The notes under the pieces: model-generated | Seen by the model: the letters and a program-made list of their open reading frames with translations, nothing else | Told to the model about the DNA's origin: nothing | Database searches by the model: none | Source of the DNA: an uncultured Gammaproteobacteria bacterium | GTDB taxonomy: Bacteria; Pseudomonadota; Gammaproteobacteria; Pseudomonadales; Pseudohongiellaceae | DNA: 64,000 bases | Direction: 5' to 3' | Assembly (NCBI GenBank): GCA_963975155.1 | Contig: CAXBFG010000002.1 | Location: 264,181 to 328,180, forward strand | Part shown: piece by piece, positions 27,288-36,998 of the stretch | Layout: each line of letters begins with the position of its first letter | Position numbering within the stretch: the stretch's first letter is position 1 | Position numbers and translations under genes: made by a program

Positions 27288-29204
27288 ATGCCTGATCCAG
27301 AAACTGACACCAAAAGTAAAACACCCGCGCCAGCAAAATTTGGCACTGTACTAGGCTATGCGCCCGGCAATGTCGCAGTTTACTCATCCGATTATGACAG
27401 CGCAGATGAAAATGAATTACCCAATCGACACGCCTACCGCAGTTATGTTGATGACGTATTTATGGGCTATAAATGGCAATGTGTTGAATTTGCGCGGCGC
27501 TGGATGTATCTCAATAAAGGCTATATTTTTGATGATGTCTCCATGGCCTATGATATTTTCCTGCTCAGTCACGTACGGGATGTCATCGCCAAAAAACCCA
27601 GGCGTCTGCCACTGAAATCTTTTAAAAACGGCTCTCGACGTCATCCCGAACCCGGCTGCCTGCTGATCTGGGACGAAGGCGGAGAATTTGAAGTCACCGG
27701 TCATGTTGCCATCGTGACTGAAGTATTTGCCGATAAGATTCGTCTGGTTGAACAGAACAATCATCATCATGTCTGGCCCGAAAGCCAGAATTATTCACGG
27801 GAATTAAAAGCCCGGATTGCCGAAGATGGTGCCTACTGGGTTGAATCCTCTTTTGCCGATGCGCCGCTGCTGGGCTGGGTTATCCAGACCAGTGACGGCA
27901 CAGATGCGGTGGTACATGACACTGCCAGGAAATCCATGTTCCTTATCAAGATGCAGGCCGCAGAGCTGCAGGTAAATCCTGCGCAATCCTGGCTCAACAT
28001 TGCCAATGAGGACGAAGCTACTTTCGTAAAAATGATGGGTGGGCATCGACTCACCGCTAACCCTGATAACTATGATAAATATCTGATTATCAGCGAGACA
28101 GCAGCCAAGCAATTAAAGCGCGCTACTAACGAGCTGCATGCTCTGTTTCTGCACGCCACAGACTATGTACTGCAACACGAAGAAATTCTGGAAAAATTTA
28201 ATCTCCCCAGAGTTCTGTGGAAGCGTATTCAACAATCCTGGGATAACCGTCGCAATGAAATGATCACCGGGCGCTTCGATTTTTGTATGCAGGAACAGGG
28301 ACTCAAGGTTTATGAATATAACTGCGATTCAGCTTCCTGTTACATGGAATGCGGCAAGATTCAGGACAAATGGGCTGAGCATTTTGATGTCACAGAAGGA
28401 CGCAGTGCCGGCAATAAATTACATAAGGAACTGGTAGAAGCCTGGCGTAACAGCTCGGTGAAAGGCGTGCTGCATATCTTGCAGGATAAAGACCTCGAAG
28501 AAACCTATCACGCACTCTTTATGAAAGAAGCCATCGAACAGGCAGGCATTCCCTGCAAGGTACTGAAAGATTTCGATACCTTAACGTGGAATGCAGAAGG
28601 ACAGATTATTGATGATGAAGGCGTAGAAGTTCGCTGGGTCTGGAAAACCTGGGCCTGGGAAACGGCACTCGATCAACTTCGTGAAGAATGTGAACAGGAT
28701 GATGCCCGTCTTTCAGCTTATGAATTCGATCAGGTCAGAGAAGGCAGCCCGAGACTTGTCGATGTGCTGTTGCGTAGTGAAGTAGTGGTTTTCGAACCCT
28801 TGTGGACGCTTATTCCAAGCAATAAAGCCATTATGGCCGTGCTCTGGATGTTGTTCCCGGAACATCCGTTCCTGCTCAATACCCAATTCAGCCTTACCGA
28901 CGAACTGAAAACCAAGGGTTTTGCCGAAAAGCCCATCGCCGGACGCTGCGGACACAATATCAGCCTGATAGACCAGGACAAGGTCCTGGAAAGCACCGGT
29001 GGCAGGTTTGAACATCAGGACCTGATCTATCAGGAGCTGTTTATGCTGCCTCGCATTGACGACCTGAATATGCAGCTTTGCTGTTTTACCGTGGAAGGAT
29101 CTTATGCCGGAACCTGTATGCGAACAGATACGACTGCACTTATTACCAAGGATAGTGACTTACTCCCCATGCGCATCGTTGAGGATGATGATTTTCAGTC
29201 CTGA
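27288..29204 (+). CDS. gss: Bifunctional glutathionylspermidine amidase/synthetase
   Basis: 638 aa. The N-terminal CHAP amidase has the catalytic Cys context GYKWQCVEFARRW and GHVAIVTEV. The C-terminal part is a glutathionylspermidine synthase pre-ATP-grasp region. Confidence 0.85.
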   Translation: MPDPETDTKSKTPAPAKFGTVLGYAPGNVAVYSSDYDSADENELPNRHAYRSYVDDVFMGYKWQCVEFARRWMYLNKGYIFDDVSMAYDIFLLSHVRDVIAKKPRRLPLKSFKNGSRRHPEPGCLLIWDEGGEFEVTGHVAIVTEVFADKIRLVEQNNHHHVWPESQNYSRELKARIAEDGAYWVESSFADAPLLGWVIQTSDGTDAVVHDTARKSMFLIKMQAAELQVNPAQSWLNIANEDEATFVKMMGGHRLTANPDNYDKYLIISETAAKQLKRATNELHALFLHATDYVLQHEEILEKFNLPRVLWKRIQQSWDNRRNEMITGRFDFCMQEQGLKVYEYNCDSASCYMECGKIQDKWAEHFDVTEGRSAGNKLHKELVEAWRNSSVKGVLHILQDKDLEETYHALFMKEAIEQAGIPCKVLKDFDTLTWNAEGQIIDDEGVEVRWVWKTWAWETALDQLREECEQDDARLSAYEFDQVREGSPRLVDVLLRSEVVVFEPLWTLIPSNKAIMAVLWMLFPEHPFLLNTQFSLTDELKTKGFAEKPIAGRCGHNISLIDQDKVLESTGGRFEHQDLIYQELFMLPRIDDLNMQLCCFTVEGSYAGTCMRTDTTALITKDSDLLPMRIVEDDDFQS

Positions 29205-29350
29205 GAAATTTCCACAGCTTTACCACAGTTTTATACTCTGACAGTGCTTCGACTAATGTGTTAGCATTTTTATCCTCGGCCTTGACTGCAGGTAATGACT
29301 AACAGTTGAGGCTATTTAACGAAGCCGACTGCCATAAACTGATATCCATA

Positions 29351-30451
29351 ATGAGCTCAAGCCTGATCCCGGAACGTCCTTTACTTATCTCACCAACACT
29401 CGCGGCGACCATCGGCCTGGAAGAAACTGTCATGCTGCACGTACTCAGTGAACTGCTGTTGCGATACCCGGCGATCGTCAGGCAGCAACGCCGCTGGGCG
29501 GAATTAAATTTCGATATCCTGCAGGAACATATGCCCTTCTGGTCGCTGCTCGATATTAAACGGGTACGCCAGAATTTGCTGGAAAAAGGCTTAATCCAGC
29601 TCGACGCCGTAGCGCAAAATACCGATGCCTTTCTTATTGCGATCAATCAGGCCTATCGTGACAGCACAGTACCTGCACCGCAAAAGCCGGTACCCACTCA
29701 GAATTTACATACGGCTTTCAGTAATGCCGAAGCCAGTGGGAAGGCAAACTATATACCGCCCAACTGGCAACCCAGTGAAGACCTCTATCAACAATGCCGG
29801 CAGCACAATATCCCCAGGGAATTTGTTGAACAGCGCATCAAGACCTTTGTCATGTACTGGCGCGAAAGACAGAAGGCCCAGTACTCCTGGCACAATACCT
29901 TTCTAAACTGGATACTGAAGGACTGGCGCAAGGAGCAAAGTTTTCAGGGCGCCAAGGAAAGCGAATCCGACATGAATAGCAACTGGCTCCCCAGTGAAGA
30001 AGCGCTCAGCATTCTTGAGCATGCCGGTGTCAACAGAAGCTTTATCGAAGACGCCATTCCTGAATTCGTTCTGTACTGGAAAGAACGCGGACTGGTCACC
30101 AGCACCTGGAATACCAAATTTATTGCGCACATTCGCCGGCAATGGGCCAAGTTTACTCTGGCTGTAGAGCATGACCCCACACCGCGTCTAATGCCTGATA
30201 TATACGAACCCAGCCCGGCCTGCTTTGAAGTTCTGGCTTTAGCCAATATCGATGAAAGCTTTGCCCGCGAACAGATCAAGGAATTTATACTCTACTGGCA
30301 GGATAGAAAGGAAGCTCATCCGTCCTGGAATACCAAGTTTTTACAACATGTGAAATACAAATGGGCTTATCATCAGCAATCCAATCTGCCCGCAACGCAG
30401 CAAATTCAGAATACGATAGAGCGTTTTACTGATCGTAGCTGGGCTGAATAG
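29351..30451 (+). CDS. Protein with three tandem DnaT C-terminal (ssDNA-binding)-like domains
   Basis: ORF 29306 (TTG)..30451; the ATG at 29351 is preferred. Three ~58-aa repeats (nt 29759-29935, 29978-30154, 30200-30373) have the pattern W.PS......L......I....I.EF..YW..R......W..KF......W. This matches the E. coli DnaT segment DWQPDADFIRLAALWGV...[25 protein letters not shown]. Confidence 0.6.
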   Translation: MSSSLIPERPLLISPTLAATIGLEETVMLHVLSELLLRYPAIVRQQRRWAELNFDILQEHMPFWSLLDIKRVRQNLLEKGLIQLDAVAQNTDAFLIAINQAYRDSTVPAPQKPVPTQNLHTAFSNAEASGKANYIPPNWQPSEDLYQQCRQHNIPREFVEQRIKTFVMYWRERQKAQYSWHNTFLNWILKDWRKEQSFQGAKESESDMNSNWLPSEEALSILEHAGVNRSFIEDAIPEFVLYWKERGLVTSTWNTKFIAHIRRQWAKFTLAVEHDPTPRLMPDIYEPSPACFEVLALANIDESFAREQIKEFILYWQDRKEAHPSWNTKFLQHVKYKWAYHQQSNLPATQQIQNTIERFTDRSWAE

Positions 30452-30579
30452 ATCAAAGGATCAAAGGGGTCAGAGTAACTTGATATTCTTCTGCAGTATT
30501 ATTTGGCTACCAGTCAGCCTTTAAAGTTAATTTACCGTTAGTGTTTTGCCTGCTCTCAATAATCATGTACTAAATCGAA

Positions 30580-31647
30580 ATGACCGATATTAATTTTTCA
30601 ACATTAGCTGACGATATAAAAATCTGGGGGCGTGAACTGGGCTTTCAGCAAATTGGTATCAGCGATATAGATCTGAGTGAAGCTGAAGAACATCTGCAAG
30701 TCTGGCTGAAAAATAATTTCCATGGCGAGATGGATTACATGCAACGCCATGGTGTGATGCGCAGTCACCCTGAGCAACTGGTGCCCGGTACCTTACGCAT
30801 TATTTCTGCGCGCATGGATTACCTGCCCGCCAACCCACAAAGTATTGAGGTATTGAAAGACTCTTCGCTCGCCTATCTTTCCCGATATGCTCTGGGTCGC
30901 GACTATCACAAATTGATACGGCAGCGCTTGCAGAAACTGGCAAATAAAATTCAGGACCATTGTGGTGAATTTGGTTATCGGGCACTGGTTGACAGTGCGC
31001 CGGTACTGGAACGGGCACTGGCTGAAAAAGCCGGGCTTGGCTGGATTGGCAAGAACGCCATGCTGATTAATAAAAATGCCGGCTCATGGTTTTTCTTGGG
31101 CGAGCTGTTCACCGACTTACCTCTGCCAGCTGATGAAAAAGCCGGCGCGCATTGCGGAAGCTGCAGCGCATGCCTCGATATCTGCCCGACCAATGCTTTT
31201 GTCGGACCCAATCAACTCGATGCCAGAAAATGTATTTCCTACCTGACAATTGAATTAAGAACTTCCATTCCGGAACAACTAAGACCACTGATGGGTAACC
31301 GGGTCTTTGGTTGTGATGATTGCCAGTTGTGCTGCCCCTGGAATAAATTTTCAGCGCCAACTCAGGAACAGGATTTCACCCCGCGCCATGAACTGGATCG
31401 AGCCCAATTGGCCACTTTGTTTAACTGGACAGAAGAGGAATTTCTAGAGAAGACAGCCGGCTCGCCAATTCGCCGTATCGGTTATGAGTGCTGGTTACGA
31501 AATCTTGCTGTGGGATTAGGAAATGCGCAAACTACACCAGAGGTCATCCATGCACTTCAGGCCAGACTCGAGCACCCTTCAGCGCTTGTAAAAGAGCATG
31601 TCAGCTGGGCGCTTGAGCGACATAAGCAGACTACAATTAATGCGTGA
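30580..31647 (+). CDS. queG: Epoxyqueuosine reductase QueG
   Basis: 355 aa with two 4Fe-4S motifs (CGSCSACLDICPTNA and CDDCQLCCPWNKF). The HEAT-like C-terminus is typical of QueG. Confidence 0.92.
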   Translation: MTDINFSTLADDIKIWGRELGFQQIGISDIDLSEAEEHLQVWLKNNFHGEMDYMQRHGVMRSHPEQLVPGTLRIISARMDYLPANPQSIEVLKDSSLAYLSRYALGRDYHKLIRQRLQKLANKIQDHCGEFGYRALVDSAPVLERALAEKAGLGWIGKNAMLINKNAGSWFFLGELFTDLPLPADEKAGAHCGSCSACLDICPTNAFVGPNQLDARKCISYLTIELRTSIPEQLRPLMGNRVFGCDDCQLCCPWNKFSAPTQEQDFTPRHELDRAQLATLFNWTEEEFLEKTAGSPIRRIGYECWLRNLAVGLGNAQTTPEVIHALQARLEHPSALVKEHVSWALERHKQTTINA

Positions 31648-31663
31648 AAGACCTTTAACAAGA

Positions 31664-32143
31664 TTACGACTTCGCCACAACCCTGAACTCACCTACCTCG
31701 GCAACAGCAACTTCCACTTCAGTGCCGGCTGATAAAGGCTGATCACTTTTCACACGCCATTCAATACCTGAGTAATGGTAGTTGATACTTTTGCCCGGGG
31801 CGAGATCCCCACTCAGAATGAAGCTGTGCCCAACCAGATCACCACCGGCAGGCTTATTATCCACATGGTTCTGCATTTCCTTTAGCGGTTTCCACAACAG
31901 CACTGCCAGTAAACCAGTCAGAACGGCTACAACAACAAAGGCAACTGTAAGTGAGGGAGCAAGCAGGCCCAGAAATACCAGCAAGCCGCAGATGAGACAG
32001 GCAAGACCAATAAAAAACAGAATAAATGAAGAGAAACCAAATACCAGCATTTCTACAGCCAGCAAAGCTATACCCAGAAAAATTAAAATGCCGCTTAAGT
32101 TTTCACTAAGCCATATCATCTTCTGCTCCTCCGCCTGAGCCAT
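31664..32143 (-). CDS. NfeD family membrane protein
   Basis: 159 aa with an N-terminal TM bundle and a C-terminal OB-fold-like soluble domain. It overlaps the stop of the upstream SPFH gene, the classical SPFH-NfeD pair. Confidence 0.8.
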   Translation of the reverse strand: MAQAEEQKMIWLSENLSGILIFLGIALLAVEMLVFGFSSFILFFIGLACLICGLLVFLGLLAPSLTVAFVVVAVLTGLLAVLLWKPLKEMQNHVDNKPAGGDLVGHSFILSGDLAPGKSINYHYSGIEWRVKSDQPLSAGTEVEVAVAEVGEFRVVAKS

Positions 32144-33083
32144 TGCCTGAGTTTTTCTTGTTAAGCGTCTGAATAATACTCATTGCCTGCGCCACAATAG
32201 TGGCGGGCTCATTACCACTTTCCGGCAGCAGTACTACCGTGGATTCTCTGGCGATAGCGGCCTTGGCTGCAATGGCCTTGCTACCCAGGTCCAGTTGAAT
32301 AGCTTTCTGTCCTTCTGCAGTGTTCGCCGCTTCACCCACTTTTCGTAAGGCCTCAGCCTGAGCTTCTGCGACTGCCAGTATGGCCTGCGCCTCGCCTTCT
32401 GCTCTCAATATTTGTTCAGCCTTGTCAGCTTCAGCAGCAAGTACTACAGACTGCTTCTGCCCTTCTGCAACATTGATGGCTGCTTGCCGGTCACCTTCAG
32501 ACTCAAGGATTTGCGCCCGCTTCACGCGCTCGGCCTTCATCTGGGCCTCCATGGCATCCATGATTGAATTGGGGGGAATAATATCCTTGATCTCATAGCG
32601 CATCACCTGAATTCCCCAGGGAGCTGCTGCATCGTTAATAGCATTCACTATATTGGCATTGAGCTGATCCCTTTCCTCGAAGGTTTTATCGAGTTCCATC
32701 TTGCCCAATTCCGAACGCATGGTGGTCTGTGCCAGCTGTGTCACTGCAAAGACATAATTATCAACACCGTAAGTGGCTTTGTAGGGGTCCAGTACCCGGA
32801 AATACAGGACCCCGTCTACTGACAGGCTGATATTATCCTTGGTTATACCGCTCTGGCTCGGCACATCCACCGCCTGTTCCTTCAGTGACCTTTTGGCTGA
32901 AACACGATCAATAAAGGGGATAATGAAGTTTAGTCCCGCACCTTTGGTGGACTGGAACTTGCCAAAACGCTCAACCACGAAGGCGGTATTATGGGGTACA
33001 AATTTAATACCCGACTTAAGGACAATAATGACCGCTATCAGGAAAATAACTGCCACTGGCAAATTATTCATTATGAAATTCAT
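32106..33083 (-). CDS. SPFH/Band 7 (stomatin/QmcA-like) protein
   Basis: 325 aa with an N-terminal TM and an SPFH core (VVERFGKF...GLNFIIPFIDR...TKDN...V.YRV.DP). An Ala/Glu-rich coiled coil follows. Confidence 0.9.
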   Translation of the reverse strand: MNFIMNNLPVAVIFLIAVIIVLKSGIKFVPHNTAFVVERFGKFQSTKGAGLNFIIPFIDRVSAKRSLKEQAVDVPSQSGITKDNISLSVDGVLYFRVLDPYKATYGVDNYVFAVTQLAQTTMRSELGKMELDKTFEERDQLNANIVNAINDAAAPWGIQVMRYEIKDIIPPNSIMDAMEAQMKAERVKRAQILESEGDRQAAINVAEGQKQSVVLAAEADKAEQILRAEGEAQAILAVAEAQAEALRKVGEAANTAEGQKAIQLDLGSKAIAAKAAIARESTVVLLPESGNEPATIVAQAMSIIQTLNKKNSGNGSGGGAEDDMA

Positions 33084-33296
33084 ATGTTCTCCCTACCAAA
33101 ATCAGAAATTTACGCTGCTTCGATAATAGCTCTATCAAAGCCTCAAAGCACCGTTTTTAACGATTTACCCCGCCTGAATCAAGAGCCGGCATATGAGTGA
33201 AATTCTAACCGGCTTGTTGCTCATTGCATACTGGCATACGCAGCGGCCTCTTGTTTAGGTATACTTCGTCACCATTAATCTAAGTGGATATTAACT

Positions 33297-33941
33297 GTGG
33301 CCGAATCTATTGCCTCTTTGAACAACCTGCTGGTCCTGAGCCTGGCTTTTGTCAGTGGCTTTATCATTATGGCCATAGAGCTGCTGGGAGGGCGCATTCT
33401 GGCGCCCTATTTCGGTAGCAGTATTTTTGTCTGGGGCAGCATCATTACAGTTTTTATGCTGTCTTTATCACTGGGTTATTTATTCGGTGGCCGCTTATCC
33501 CTGCGTGACCCCAGCCTGAAACAGCACGGCACCTTTTTTGTAGTGGCGGCATTTCTATTGTTACCACTGATTTTATTTGGCAACCAGATTATGGAAACCT
33601 TGTTCCTGATTATTGAAGATCCACGTTACGGTTCACTGATCGTCTCCATGCTCCTGTTTTTCCTGCCTACTGTCGTGCTTGGCATGGTTGCCCCCTATTC
33701 GGTACGTTTGCTGGTTATGGATAGCACCCGTAGCGGCCACGTGGCCGGCACACTTTATTTCGTCTCCACACTGGGCAGTGCCCTCGGCACATTGGCAACT
33801 TCGTTTTATCTGGTACTCTGGTTTGAAGTTAATCAGATACTCATTACCATGAGCCTGGTTTTATTTCTTGCCGGAATTCTGGCCATAACTTCTAATCGCA
33901 CTTTTAGCAGCCATGCTGCCAACGCGGAGCTCAGCCAGTGA
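33297..33941 (+). CDS. Membrane protein matching the N-terminal membrane half of fused MFS/spermidine-synthase proteins
   Basis: 214 aa, GTG start, about 6 TM helices. The motif FVSGFIIMAIELLGGRILAPYFGSSIFVWGSII is typical of the membrane module of fused spermidine synthase-like proteins. It overlaps the next ORF by 4 nt. Confidence 0.6.
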   Translation: MAESIASLNNLLVLSLAFVSGFIIMAIELLGGRILAPYFGSSIFVWGSIITVFMLSLSLGYLFGGRLSLRDPSLKQHGTFFVVAAFLLLPLILFGNQIMETLFLIIEDPRYGSLIVSMLLFFLPTVVLGMVAPYSVRLLVMDSTRSGHVAGTLYFVSTLGSALGTLATSFYLVLWFEVNQILITMSLVLFLAGILAITSNRTFSSHAANAELSQ

Positions 33942-34855
33942 AATCCAGTATTTCAGTTTTTGTAATATTATGCCTTACCGGGACATTCTCCCTACTCTCT
34001 GCCAATCCTGTGTTTGCCCAGATCGGCATTCGTGAAATTCATCAGGAACGTTCTCTGTATCGAAACATCATCGTTACCGAAGACTCAAGCCGACGTTGTT
34101 TACGCTTTACCATCACTCGCCGAACCGGGCAGAATCAATCTTGCCGTTTTCTCGACAATCCACAGCGGCTGGTTTTTCCCTACGCGAAAATGACTCTGTC
34201 CAGCCTGCTTGTTCAGGACAACCCCGAACGCATATTGATTATCGGGCTTGGAGGAGGAACCCTGCCCGCTGTATACAGTACATTGTTCCCACAGGCTGAA
34301 ATTATCATTTCTGAAATCGATGAAGCCGTCTTGAGAGTCGCCGAAAACTTTTTTGACTTTGAACAAAGCGCAAGCATCAAGGTGGATGTTGGTGACGCCC
34401 GCGTCTATGTTAAACGAGCCGGCTTGAGGAACGAAAAATTTGATCTGGTGATACTGGATGCCTTTAACGGCGAATATATTCCTGAACACTTAATGACAGA
34501 AGAATTTTTAGAAGAAATCAGGGTATTACTAAGCGATGATGGCATGCTGGTTTCCAACACCTTTTCCAGCAGTCGCCTTTACGATGCGGAATCACAAACC
34601 TATTACAATGTATTTGGTGAAATTTTCAATCTGCGTATGCCGAATACCGGGAATCGAATTATTATTGCATCCATGCAGGATCTGCCTCCGGCAGATACTC
34701 TTACTATGCGAGCCCCTGCCCTGCAGCAGAGACTGCTAGCCTTCGGCATGGATGTCATGGACTACCTGCCCAACATGAGCACAGCAATAGACTGGAACAC
34801 TTCTGAACGGCCCTTAACTGACCAGTATTCCCCGGCTAATCTGTTAAACAATTAG
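33938..34855 (+). CDS. Spermidine synthase-like (SAM-dependent, class I MTase fold) protein with N-terminal signal/anchor
   Basis: 305 aa with ILIIGLGGGTLP, EIDEAV, DVGDARVY, DLVILDAF and LSDDGMLVSN. Confidence 0.7.
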   Translation: MKSSISVFVILCLTGTFSLLSANPVFAQIGIREIHQERSLYRNIIVTEDSSRRCLRFTITRRTGQNQSCRFLDNPQRLVFPYAKMTLSSLLVQDNPERILIIGLGGGTLPAVYSTLFPQAEIIISEIDEAVLRVAENFFDFEQSASIKVDVGDARVYVKRAGLRNEKFDLVILDAFNGEYIPEHLMTEEFLEEIRVLLSDDGMLVSNTFSSSRLYDAESQTYYNVFGEIFNLRMPNTGNRIIIASMQDLPPADTLTMRAPALQQRLLAFGMDVMDYLPNMSTAIDWNTSERPLTDQYSPANLLNN

Positions 34856-35015
34856 AAACAGACCGACGCTTAGCTTGAATTTTTATTAAGCGAAGCTGAG
34901 GGCAATCAATATGAACCCGGCGCTATGAAATGCCCTCACGAAGCTACTAATATCTACTGACTCCAGAACCTGTTTGTATTCCGGAGTTACTGATATAAAT
35001 TGAATCTGACAGAAT

Positions 35016-35303
35016 TTATTTGTGAGCTATGGGTTTGTCGGTAAACAGATAATCTTTTAATTCCTTATCGAATCTCGGATCCTTGCGTCGCACCCATTCC
35101 AGCACCATGGCTGCATGTTCTTTTTCTTCATCACGATTATGCGCAAGTATCGCTTTAAGTTCCGGATCTTTGCAGGCATCCACGCGCTGGTTATACCAAT
35201 CTACTGCCTCCAGCTCTTCCATCAAAGATGTAATTGCCCGATGCATATCCCGCGTCTCATCACTCAGTTCATTGATGGGTTCGTGATAACCTTCATTTGC
35301 CAT
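35016..35303 (-). CDS. Encapsulated-ferritin (EncFtn)-like ferritin-fold protein lacking a C-terminal targeting peptide
   Basis: 95 aa. HEPINELSDETRDMHRAITSLMEELEAVDWYNQRVDACKDPELKAILAHNRDEEKEHAAMVLEWVRR closely parallels Rhodospirillum rubrum EncFtn as I recall it. Confidence 0.8.
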   Translation of the reverse strand: MANEGYHEPINELSDETRDMHRAITSLMEELEAVDWYNQRVDACKDPELKAILAHNRDEEKEHAAMVLEWVRRKDPRFDKELKDYLFTDKPIAHK

Positions 35304-35363
35304 TTCTGTTTCCTCTTCAGAGTTTATCGATCGTTGTAAGACTGCATTGAATCAGGTCACAAT

Positions 35364-35792
35364 TTAACAGTTATTCTTACTACTGTCTTTTAAATGCTGT
35401 TGCCAGTTTCCGCTCCTGATATAGGCTGATTCTAATACAGGTCTGTTATAGATATATACCCAGGCTTTTATGTCGAACTGCTTCAGACTGACCAAAGTTC
35501 TTAGATAAAGTGAAGCGTTCACATCGTCTGGTATATAATCCTCAAATTCATCCAGTTTTATAAGTACTTGCGGATCGACTAATTGGTAAAGCTCCGCCTG
35601 CACAGACCCATGATTCTCATGCAGACTTTTAAAGCCCGGATAAGCCCCAATGTTGTACAGACGCCCTGGCAGCTCACAGCGCCCCAGCAGCTTCAGCTTG
35701 TCTCTTATCCCCAGTTCGTCCTGGGTATTAAAAAATGACATCAGCGAGCCATATAAAACCATATAATCAGTAGTCTCCAATTCAGATTTCAT
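35364..35792 (-). CDS. Gamma-glutamylcyclotransferase (AIG2/GGACT-like) family protein
   Basis: 142 aa with the YGSLM N-terminal motif, ...LPGRLYNIGAYPG..., and an acidic residue in ...DEFEDY. Confidence 0.7.
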   Translation of the reverse strand: MKSELETTDYMVLYGSLMSFFNTQDELGIRDKLKLLGRCELPGRLYNIGAYPGFKSLHENHGSVQAELYQLVDPQVLIKLDEFEDYIPDDVNASLYLRTLVSLKQFDIKAWVYIYNRPVLESAYIRSGNWQQHLKDSSKNNC

Positions 35793-36016
35793 GATTGGCC
35801 CGTTTATCTGTGCACCTGTTCATCTGTATGTTCATTTGGCATTATAAAACTTTTTCCCTTTTTATAATTCACTATATAAAGTAAATATCAATGTCATTTT
35901 TGAGACGGCCACTATCAATGCTGCAGAAAATATATATTCTGAATATGGTTTAATTGCTCAGAATTTGATCTATTCTAGCAGTTACGTTTTCTTCTCATAT
36001 TTTTTGTTTATAGTTT

Positions 36017-36982
36017 GTGTTTATGCACAGTTACAGCATATTTTATAAGTACACCCTGCTGAGCATCTGCCTGCTCGTGCCGAAGTATGCGTACGGCGCA
36101 GAGCAGGAGACTATTCCTGAAGAAGGCTCTTTTGGCTTGGGCTGGTTAGACGAAACTCAGGCATTTGCCTCAAATTCTGTTGACAATCTCGCTGTTAAAA
36201 TAGATCGCTTTTTCGGTGAACCCCGAAGTGATCTGGAAGCAGCCTATTCGTCATTACGCATAAGCGCAGAGCAACTCTCACATGAAGATAATAATTCATC
36301 ATACAAACTACGTTTGCGTGGCAAAGTACACCTTCCAAGAATTGACGAGCGTCTGAGTCTGCTTTTTTCTGAAGATGAAGGTGAAGGTACAGACTTTTAT
36401 GCACAAAATAATCTTGACAGCACACAGCAGGAATCCATTAAAGCCAATCTGCAATTTAACCTGGTCGACAGAGTCAGAAACCGCTTGGACTTTCGACTAG
36501 GTCTTCGCACTTCCCTAAAAGGCAAAGCCAGCCTCCGCTACCGTCATGAATTACCCAGTGGGGATAATCTTCAACATCGATTTGCACAAACATTGTATTT
36601 CAGAGACGGAGATGGCTTTGGGTCACTGACACGTTATGAGCTGGACAAATCTCTAAACGATAACTCCTTATTACGCTGGAGCAGCGATCTGCGATTTGAG
36701 GAAGAATATTCAGGTGGCCACTGGGGCAGCCAATTAAGTTATTCACGCCAGGTCTCAGATAAAACTGCTTTATCGTATTACACACGAATCAATGGAGAAT
36801 CGAGCCCGGATTATATTCGAAGTTATGACATTGGCTTGAGAGTACGAAAGAACATTGGCAGGCCCTGGTTATTCGCCGAACTGGAACCTGGACATGCCTG
36901 GACAAAAAGCACCCCGGAATCCAAGAGACTCAGTTCATTTTATTTATTTCTGAGAATAGAAATGGCAATTGGCAGAATTTAA
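36017..36982 (+). CDS. Hypothetical secreted beta-rich protein (possible outer-membrane protein)
   Basis: 321 aa with a signal peptide (ICLLVPKYAYGAEQ). Alternating hydrophobic/polar strands occur throughout. I recognise no family. Confidence 0.5.
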   Translation: MFMHSYSIFYKYTLLSICLLVPKYAYGAEQETIPEEGSFGLGWLDETQAFASNSVDNLAVKIDRFFGEPRSDLEAAYSSLRISAEQLSHEDNNSSYKLRLRGKVHLPRIDERLSLLFSEDEGEGTDFYAQNNLDSTQQESIKANLQFNLVDRVRNRLDFRLGLRTSLKGKASLRYRHELPSGDNLQHRFAQTLYFRDGDGFGSLTRYELDKSLNDNSLLRWSSDLRFEEEYSGGHWGSQLSYSRQVSDKTALSYYTRINGESSPDYIRSYDIGLRVRKNIGRPWLFAELEPGHAWTKSTPESKRLSSFYLFLRIEMAIGRI

Positions 36983-36998
36983 GTAATTTCCGCGAATA

